DNA from: Podarcis filfolensis
Lineage: Eukaryota
Reading direction: 5' to 3' (one strand)
Assembly: GCA_964270895.1 (NCBI GenBank)
Contig: OZ185447.1
DNA length: 64,000 bases
Both the position numbers and the translations under genes were made by a program. Below, in pieces: positions 12,967-22,600 of the stretch (its first letter is position 1; every line of letters begins with the position of its first letter). Below the pieces are notes generated by a model. The model worked only from the letters and a program-made list of their open reading frames with translations, was not told the DNA's origin and ran no database searches.

Positions 12967-13621
12967 ATTTATTTTCTTTCTACATTCTGTTGTATTTTTA
13001 TTTATAAGGGCTTTATGTGTAAAAGTGGTTACCTTGAATACATCTTCTGAGGTGATACTCTTTTGTTGGATCAATTTGGGATATTTAGGTTTTTGAAATT
13101 AAAGCAGATTAAAATCCTCTCTCACCTCAGGAGTGAGGAACGACTTGGTGGTGGGCCCTGTTTTGCCCAGCTGAGTTTTCAATTCTCACTCCATTCCTGG
13201 CAAACCACACCCAACTTATTCTCAGATGACATCATATGGGACTTCATAGGAACAATCAGGAGCTGAAGGTGAGTTCCCAGATTGTCTCTTCCCAGAAGAT
13301 CCCCCTGGAGGGATGCTTCCAGCCTTCCCAGCCCCTCAATTTGAAAGTCTTATAAGAAGATTCTGCAGGAGAAGGACTTTGAGGAACATCATGAGACAGG
13401 TCTTTCTAGGAGCATGTGAAACTCATATGTTACCTTGTAAAGTTGTCTGTTGCTCATGAAACCTTGTTGTATTTATTGGACTCAGGTGCAGCTTTTTGGT
13501 ATGTTTTTATATTTGCCATCATATTGTTCTATTATCCTGTTCTGATATTATTTTTGTGATGTTTGATTTTAAAATGTGTCCATTTATCCTTTGTTTATGG
13601 CAATTTGCCCACCATTATAAA

Positions 13622-13880
13622 ATCATTGCATTGTATGGTTGGAGGAGTCCCTCAGGGTCATCTGTTCCAACCCTTTAAATGATTGAACCTCAATTAAGCA
13701 TCCATGACAGATGGCTATTCGACCTCTGCTTAAAAATCTTCAATGAGGGAGAGTTCACCACCTTCTGCGGAAGTCTATTCCACTGTTGAACAGCACTTAT
13801 AATCAGAAAATTGATCCTGATGTTTAGTTGGAATCTCTTTTCTAATAACTTGCATCCATTGGTTGGGGCTCTACCCTCTC
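13622..13880 (-). mobile_element. CR1 LINE 3' fragment (degraded)
   Basis: GGTCATCTGTTCCAACCC...CCTCTGCTTAAAAA...GAGTTCACCACCTT...TTCCACTGTTGAACAGC...CCATTGGTT matches the reverse complement of amniote CR1 3' ends. A shorter copy lies in the duplicated flank at about 29902-29995. Confidence 0.65.
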
Positions 13881-14649
13881 AATAATGATAACGATGATGA
13901 TGTTGATGATGATGATGGGTAATGGGAGCCCATGGTGCTCCAGGAGGGGAGATAGTTTCCATTGAAAGTGATAATAAAATGGGTGCAGAGGGAGGGGAGC
14001 TTGGTTTTTGCTAGAGAAATTGCTTCCACCTCACTGATCAAGCCGCTTTGTAACTGTTCATTTAAAAGACTCATTGCCTTCTGAATCCCAGTGACAGACA
14101 GGTTGGTTGTCCCATCCACCTATCAAACTTTGTCCATCAAGGACTGGGAGAATGATCAATCTGGCCAAATGCTGGGAAATGTTACTGACTCCTGCTTTAG
14201 GACAAGAAACTTAATAATAAAAATGAACTTTTGTGGATAGAAAAGCAGTAGGGAAAGGCATTGAAAAGTGTGGAATTAATAGTAGCTTGATTTACTTTCT
14301 ATTCACTTATAAAAATGTATTTCTTATATGGGACTGATTTACCTTATATTACTTTGTTCTGTAATACTGAATTATATTTCTTTCAGTAAAGAAACATGTT
14401 AACTGAAATTAAGTATCTGAGTGTCTTCCTTGAACCTTAAATGCTTTGCTTGCTAATATCAAGCGGGAATAAATACTCTCCTCAATGAGGTGGTGCTTTC
14501 TGGGATAATCTAAGATGGTACTGTAATTGCTGAACTAAAACTTTGATACATCAAAGGCATCCTCAATATTTACATTATGTAGGGCAATATATGCCACTCA
14601 GATTTAAGAACAGGACAGAACAAATCATATGTTTGAATGTTCCCAGAAA

Positions 14650-14650
<1 letters not shown>

Positions 14651-14700
<50 letters not shown>

Positions 14701-14897
14701 CTACTTTTATTTATATCCTATCCTCCCCGGCTGAAGCCGGGCTCAGGGCAGCTAACATAAAATATATAACACGGGTATAAAATCAAACAGTAATTAAATC
14801 ACCTCCTAAAAACAGGTCAGGATCAAATTAAAATCTAATTAGATGGCTTTCCACAGGATTAGGGTTGGGATCAGTAAATGCTCATCAGGTCCAACTG
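14651..14897 (-). mobile_element. Short L2 3'-end insertion with (AAT)n tail
   Basis: (ATA)16 tract followed by TTTATTTATATCC...CCCCGGC..GCCGGGCTCAGGGCAGCTAAC, the same end as the 9958 element. Absent from the homologous flanks at about 39240 and 49630. Confidence 0.65.
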
Positions 14898-15166
14898 TTT
14901 TCAACAGGTATCTAAAAGCACAAATTTATTGTGAATGCCTAAAGTTATTAGGAGTTCCAAAAGTGTTGCCACATCTTAAAGGGAAATGACATTGGAAGTA
15001 GCCTTAATCTCAAAATTTAGCACTCCTGTTTACCCAGTGAAATCACTCTGAATTTCCTGTTGTCATTAGCTTACCGAGGAAAAGTCATTAGGTCACTGTG
15101 GTTTGTTGATTTCATTAATTAGAAAATTCTCCTCTGAAACTGTAAATTGATTAACGTCCTTTGCAG

Positions 15167-15260
15167 TATGGTGACAAAATTCTACCAGCACAGACTTGCC
15201 TTGGCAATGAGAACCCCATGATCTTACCCAATATCACTTGAGGGTTAGACATCTATGATG
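15167..15260 (+). pseudogene. Second orphan V2R exon-2 fragment
   Basis: TTTGCAG T ATG GTG ACA AAA TTC TAC CAG CAC AGA CTT GCC TTG GC, then a deletion, AATGAGAAC and CCCAATATCAC. Paralogous to 3550-3655. Confidence 0.7.
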
Positions 15261-15385
15261 TATTATTATTATTATTAATAATAAAAATCATTATCCTCAA
15301 TAATAACCCCAACAACTACTAGATATGCCTCCCACGCTCTGCTTCATATTTTCAGTGTTTTTGCTTACCCAGAATATGACATTGA

Positions 15386-15969
15386 TCAATCAATCAATCA
15401 ATCAAATCCATTTATTGTGAGGACCATGCCTGTGCACAAACATCAACACTACAAAAGTTAAAAATATTAAAATTCATTACATACTATGCCAACAAAACCT
15501 TCTTCCCACAGAATAGAAAAGGAGGGAAAATGAGCAACGAGTTAAACAGACGATGAAGGGGTCTTTACATTGTCGTCCATAAATCTTTCCCTGGCTTTCA
15601 TGGCCTTCGTCACAAAAACCGCTACCACATGGGTAATGCGTGGGTTTGCATCAACTAACAAAAATTTTACTCTATCTTCAGGACTGGTTATAGAATTGGG
15701 TATAATTTGCAGCAATGCGTCTCTAAAGCCTGAGTAAATGGGGCAATAGAGGAGGTAATGTGTAAGATCCTCTTTAATTTTCATAAGGCAAGGGCATAAA
15801 CGGTGTTCTACTGGGGTTTTTGTGTATCTACTGGTCAAATAAGCAGTTGGCAATGTTTGGAACCGTGCCATAGTAAAAGCTCTCCGAAGGGTGGGATCAG
15901 TGATATCCACCAAGTAGTTGGCACAGATTTTGACTGCTTTTACTCGAGGGAACCAGAAGGAAAACCCAG
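15386..15969 (-). mobile_element. 5'-truncated non-LTR retrotransposon (RTE-X-like C-terminal Zn-finger region)
   Basis: Minus-strand peptide YLVDITDPTLRRAFTMARFQTLP...HRLCPC...EDLTHYLLYCPIY; AATAAA plus (TTGA)n tail. Exact 15-bp TSD AGAATATGACATTGA at 15371-15385 and 15970-15984. Empty paralogous site near 3750. Clade call is tentative. Confidence 0.8.
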
Positions 15970-16655
15970 AGAATATGACATTGAATTCTGATAATGTTTC
16001 TTGATGCTCTGAATAGGGAACAGAGCAACGTGAATGTGTCGGACAGTATAAATTAGACATGAAACCCTCTTAAAATTTAGACTAGGTGTTCTGTGCTCTT
16101 TTGTTTCTGGTCCCACTCACCAAAGACTTAAACTTTATGGAAGGTTATCCAGAAGAGAATTCCCATTTCCTTGAAGATAACTGGTGTTGAGAAATGGTCT
16201 TAATCTCAAAATTTAGAACTGCTACTTTATATCCTGATGACAGTGTCTTCAGTCAGAGTTTCTTGTTGTTCTTAGCACACCAAGGAAAAACCCTTCTGCC
16301 ACTTTATTATTATTATTATTTAAGCAGCAGGATTGGGAGTAAGAAAAGTAAAAGTCTGACTCAGACTCTAAACTCTGAATAAGTAAATAATGTTCCTATT
16401 CCGCAATTACTCAAATCACTGCAATTTCTTTACCAGGTCAAATCCCCAGTTGGCTTCCTGAAGGGAAGAAAAAAATCAACAAGCAAGTCTAAAAGTGTTT
16501 AAAAAATAAGCTCATATGTTATGGAGAGCTAGTGTAGGGTGAGAGACAGACAGGGCTCTATGAGTTCAATTTAGGAGAACATAATTTCTGTTATTTCTCA
16601 AGGAATATATTTGCAACCCATTGATTAAATGTATATCTTAAGCTAGGCTGTCAGG

Positions 16656-19600
16656 ATGTTGCTATTGGTGTTGCTGTTTCTGATAACTCCTGTTTCTATT
16701 ACCTCTAATTCTATCCACTGCCCCAGGAATAATCCTTTTCCTGTTCAACATGAGTGGTACCAGCCAGGTGAATTCATCATTGGTGGAGTTCTTTCTCAGA
16801 GCTTTTACAATTTCTATGAAATTTTGTATAAGGATCACCCATCACAGAACGTTTTTGATGTTTCATAGTAAGAATCTTCCATTCCCCCTCTGGATTGCCC
16901 TTTCCTTTATTTCATGCCCTTCAGACAGGAATCCTAAAGGAATCCTTTTTTATCACTGACATTTTCAAGCTGCAGTGGGAGCCATAATTTGCCTGAATAT
17001 TTGAATAAAAAAACCTTTCTGTAATTTTTTTAAAAAAGAATCTAGCCATTGTCACGGTTTATTTGAATCAAATGGTGTATTTACAATGGGGAAGAGAAGG
17101 GTAAAAATGTAATAAATAGTTAAGGTTACATTACAGCTATAGGTAGGTAGCCGTGTTGGTCTGATGCAGTTTGTTCTTGGTATAAGCTTTCATGTGCATG
17201 CTAGTATCTGAAGAAGTGTGCATGCACACGAAAGCTTATACCAAGAACAAACTTATTTGGTCTCCAAGGTGCTACTGGATACTTTTTATTTTTTATATAT
17301 ATATTTATTACAGATATATTCAAAGGATAAAATTATACACCATTCTTCGATCTCCCAAAGCTTCCTTGCCTTTTGAAGGAGTATTATAATTTACTACCTC
17401 ATATTCAAGGTCCTTTACAGACTTGAATTTCTTAGGTTAGTTGTATTGCCGCTGACGTTCATGAGGGTATTTGTCTTTCCATTATTCCATTTATTTTGTG
17501 GCTCCTGATCTGGGGGTGGGGGGACTCCATGGGAGGAGTTACATCATGGTGAAACTCCCTGGGCCAAAATGTAAGTTCAGAAAGTTATGGAGGGATATGG
17601 AATTTGGTTGAAATTTGTTGAGGCAGGCAGGGACTGCTACACTTCACGTTAGATAGCACAGAGAAACCTGATATTGTCAGAATGGGGCATTATCCCAGAA
17701 AGAGAGGCTGACATTGGGCTAGAAAACCTAAAGAAATAGGAGACAAATTTTGCCATCAGCTATGTCTTCCAGTGTGAAGGTAAAACCAGTGACATCTGAC
17801 TCCCCTTTCTGCAAGATCAATGACTTTCCTGACTCTACCACAAATGTATACAGTGGTACCTCGGGTTACATACGCTTCGAGTTACATACGCTTCAGGTTA
17901 CAGACTCCACTAACCCAGAAACAATACCTCAGGTTAACAACTTTGCTTCAGGATAAGAACAGAAATCGTGCTCCGGCGGCACGGCGGCAGCAGGAGGCCC
18001 CATCAGCTAAAGTGGTGCTTCAGGTTAAGAACAGTTTCAGGTTAAGTACGGGCCTCAGGACCGAATGAAGTACTTAACCTGAGCTACCACTGTACTGAGA
18101 AAAAAGGCTATCTGAATTCATAGGGACATTTGCATAAGGGTGTATAAAACTGCAGTTTTCAGTTAAATGAAGTGGTGAGCTATTTAAGGAGAAATAGATT
18201 CGCATTTTTAAAACAAAATTTTTTTTTCCTTCCAGTAGCACCTTAAAGACCAACTAAGTTAGTTCTTGGTATGAGCTTTCGTGTGCATGCACACTTCTTC
18301 AGATACACTGAAACAGAAGTTGCCAGATCCTTCTATATAGCATTTTTGTTTTTCTTGATCAACTGAGATAGAAATGTCATGCAATAGCAGAGCATCAGGT
18401 ATGTGAAACTATCATGCAAAGTAGTAATGTCCTGATCATTGGACAGTATTGATTTTATTAGCTTAGATGTATCAATTACAAATATAACATTTACATTTCA
18501 GTTTGAAACAGAAAATTTCCAATATTGTAGTATATTCATATTTGTACCTAATTTACTTTATTTACAGTATGGTGCCAAAATTTTATCAGCACGTCCTTGC
18601 ATTGGCATTTGCTGTGAAAGAAGTCAATGAGAATCCCAACATCTTGCCCAATATCACACTTGGCTTCCACATCTATGACAGCTATTATGATGCAAGGATG
18701 ACCTACCGTACGACTCTAGACCTCCTCTTCAAAATGAGGACATTTGTCCCCAACTACAAATGTGACACCCAGAAAACCCTCATATCCACCATTGGGGGAC
18801 TTGGCCATGATACCACCTTCCATATGGCAGACACATTAGGTCTCTACAAGATTCCACAGGTAAGAGGTATGAAGGGGTCAATGAGAATTTTTTCTTCCTG
18901 CCTCTATGGGTTGCTTCCCATAGGTTGTTTGTTCTAGACGGATCGGACCTATTGGGAAGTATTCTAGTCAGTAGTTTTACTGAGAACAGACTCATCAAAA
19001 TTAATGCATCCATCTTAGTTATGATCAATAATTTAAAATTTAGTTATATACAAGCCTTATATATCGTTATCCCATATTCCTTGTAGATTGCTTTTTCTGC
19101 TTTATTTCTAGGGATATGCGATTGATCTGGTCACAGCTCAAATCAAAATGTGCAATTAGAAAGTTTAGAATCTGTTGAATAAAAAGCCAAAAGGTACAGG
19201 ATGAATGTTTTCCATATAATTTGAGATTATATCCACATTTTCTTTCAGTTTGCATATGGTTCATTTCCCCCAGCGAAGAGTGATACAAGACAGGTTCCTT
19301 CTTTTTACCGCATGGTGCCCAATGAAGCCCACCAGTTTGTGGGGATTATCCGCTTGCTTAAGCATTTTGGATGGAAGTGGATCGGACTCTTTGCTCTGAA
19401 TGATAACAGTGGAGAACATTTCTTGCAGACCCTGGAGCCATTGCTTTCTCAAAATGGAATTTGCTCAGCCTTCACACAAAAAATTCCAAAAGAAGTCCAC
19501 TTGGATAATGTGGATGAAATGCATCATATAGCTTTACATATGTATATACAAATCAGAGATAATAAAGTCACTACATTTATTGTTTACGGAGAATCTTTGG

Positions 19601-22600
19601 CAATTATATCACTGAGAATTATTATATTTCTGCCAGATCCTACAAATAAGAAAAACACATCATTTAAAAAGGTATGGATCTTTACAGCAAGGACTGATTT
19701 TATATCTATGGGTCTTCTTAAGGTTTGGAATGTTCTGCTCTTCCAGGGTTCCCTTTCCTTCACAATCCACTCACAAAATCTTCCAGCATTCAAGGAATTT
19801 CTTCAGAGCATAAAGCCTTCCCAGAGCCAGGGAGATGGTTTCATCAAAGGCTTCTGGGAGCAAGCATTTGACTGTATTCTTCCCAATTTCAATGCACCAA
19901 TGGAGGTCTATGGTATGTGTACTGGAGAGGAGAGGTTGCAGAGTCTTCCAAGGTCTCTGTTTGAAATGAGCATGACTGGTCACAGCTACAGCATCTATAA
20001 TGGTGTCTATGCTGTGGCTCATGCCTTGCATAACATTTACTCCCCTAGATCCAAGCAGAGAGCAATGGGAAAAAGTGAAAGATTAAAATTTCAGGATCTG
20101 GAGCCTTGGCAGGTATTGTTCTGAGAATGAAAAGAAAAAATATTATCATTATCGGCATGACTTTATCTACCACTGGAACTTAACACATTTCTGCTTGGTT
20201 ATCTGATAAAACTATTATTATTTAGAAGTCATCTGAAGGCAGCCCTGTATCAGGAATTTATTAATGTTTGATTATATTTTAATATGTGTTAGTAGCCTCC
20301 CAGAGTGAATGGGGCGACCTTGCCAGATGGCTGGAGTATATATAATAAATGATGATTATGATTATGATAAGATAGTATTCCAGAATATTATCAAGAAATT
20401 TAGTTCATCCACATAAACTGCTGCTAAGACTATAATAGCTAAGAATATCTGAATGTTTGGAGAAAATTTAGTCCATAGTAACTATGATTATGCCAACTTA
20501 TAAAAGAATACATATAAGCAAGCCTAACAGCTGTTAGGATATTTCCGTTCCACCTTAAAAGGGAGCAGGATGTTTGCCTGAATTCTGCTGTTAGAGTGTG
20601 CACTAAGCCAGAGGCTTAGTGTCGCTAAATTGCTGATACTGCGTGACTACGGGAGGTCGATGGATCGTCCGGCACCGAGCTTGGGGGCTCAGATGGACCT
20701 TATCTCCCTGGCAGTATCCCAACAACAGGTTATGGGCCCAGATTCACGGCACTTGCAGGAGAGTAAGACTGCGACAGACTGCTGAGGTATGTGTTGGAAA
20801 AGCGAAAGCAGAGGCTTTTCTGTTGCCACGGCAGCCTCTTTGATGTCCGGCTGGCCTAATTGGCCTGGGAGCCGAGCCAAGCAGGCTTCGTGATTTATGG
20901 GTGCCAAGATAAGGAGTCTCTGAAGTGAAGAAGAATCACGGCTGACGTTAAGAGCTGGAATGGAGTTTTTCCAAGCCTCTGAAGCTGCTGAGTGCCCAAA
21001 GTTAAATCGGGACAATTATGAGACCTGGGCAAAATGGTGTGAGAGTTTGCTGCGTCAGTTTGGAGTGTGGCATACTGTATGTGAAGCCCCTCCAGTTCCT
21101 CTGACAGGGAGATGGGAGGCTCAGAATTCGAGAGCCATAGACGTAATAGTCTTGTCCGTCTCTCTGGAGGAAATTGCTACGCTAGCTGGCAACACGACTG
21201 CACGTCAGATGTGGAATGCTTTGAAGATAGCCCATCTGCCAGTCATCCCAGCCCAGAGTTTGACTGCATCGGAGGTCCTGGCTGTTTCCCAGAATGCGAG
21301 TGAATGCAGGGATGCCGAGGGCACCGGTTGCAAGCTGCAGGGGGAGCTGACTGTGATGTCATCCCCGGCAGCATTCCAGCCTCCAGGGGGAGCCAAGGAG
21401 TCGGCAGCTGAGAGCTCTGTTTCCCATGGGAACCAAGGTCAACTTTGCAGAGGCCGGAAGGCCAGAAGTAAACAGAGACGGATGCCTGCAGATGGCCCGA
21501 AGCAGAAGGGGGGTGAAAGGCCCACGCCAGTGGAAAACAAGGCTTTGTTTGCTGGCACAGCTTCACCAAAGGCTAAAGGCACGTCTGATGGCCAGGAGCA
21601 GGGGGGCAAGTTGCAAAAGCCCACGCCAGTGGAAAACAAGGTTATGTTTGCTGGCACAGCTCCACCAAAGGCTAAAGGCACGTCTGATGGCCAGGAGCAG
21701 GGGGGCAAGCAGCAAAAGCCCATGCCAGTGGAAAACAAGGTTTTGTTTGCTGGCACTGCTTCACCGAAGGCCAAGGCGAGGTTTATAGTGGATTCAGGGT
21801 GCACGCGCCATATCACCAAAGACCGCCATCTGTTCATCTCCTTCACACCTCAAGAAGGAGAGATCCACCTGGCTGATGGAAGGACTTTGCAAGCTGCAGG
21901 AGTTGGGACTGTGAAACTTGCAAGTCTGCATACTACCATCAGAGATGTACTTTTTGTTCCAGGAGCTGCGGACAATTTGCTTAGTGTCCCACAGCTGAAT
22001 GGGCGTGGTTTTGAAATTACCTTCAAGAGGACTGTCTGTGTCATCAGAAAAGGCAAAGAGGACTTTTTGCATGCAAAGTTGATGGATGGTTTGTTCTGTC
22101 TAACTTATGATGACAATGTTGTTATATCTAATGCTGATTCTTGTTGTGTTGCACAAACTAACAAGGTTCTTCATGCAGGATGCATTCACGATGCACATAG
22201 AAGATTTTGTCACCTCTCTTGGCAAGCGCTAGCCAAGATGCCTGAGTTGGTTGAAGGTTTGGACATCAAACCTTGTAAATTTCACATGAAATGTGTATCT
22301 TGTGCAGAGAACAAGGTGAAGGTTGCTCCAAAAGGCAAGGAGTCTAGCAGGCAGGCTTCCAAACCCTACCAGCTAGTTCACGCAGACCTGGTTGGGCCTC
22401 TAGCGCCCTCTTTGGGAGGAGCAAGGTACTTCATGGTTCTAATTGATTCTTTTTCCAGGTACATTCATGTGTTTGTGCTCGAGCAGAAATCGCAAGCATT
22501 TCCTAGGTTCAAGGCATTCTGTGCTTGGTTGGAGAATGCTCATGGTAAACGTATTGGCTGTCTGTTTACTGATCGGGGCGGGGAGTTCACTTCTCAGCAG

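Noticed and set aside
20653-20675. tRNA gene or Pol III B-box in the LTR
   Set aside because: Only 15 nt match. The B-box is broken (GGATCGTCC rather than GGATCGAAACC), and there is no A-box or cloverleaf.
21521-21777. Regularly spaced repeats resembling a CRISPR-like array
   Set aside because: Contiguous tandem units with no unique spacers, in frame within a retrotransposon ORF, in eukaryotic DNA.
21426-21788. Alternative-frame ORF with KVNFAE inside copia gag, as a possible frameshifted true Gag end
   Set aside because: No zinc knuckle or capsid motif in that frame; mostly the 99-bp repeat read out of frame.
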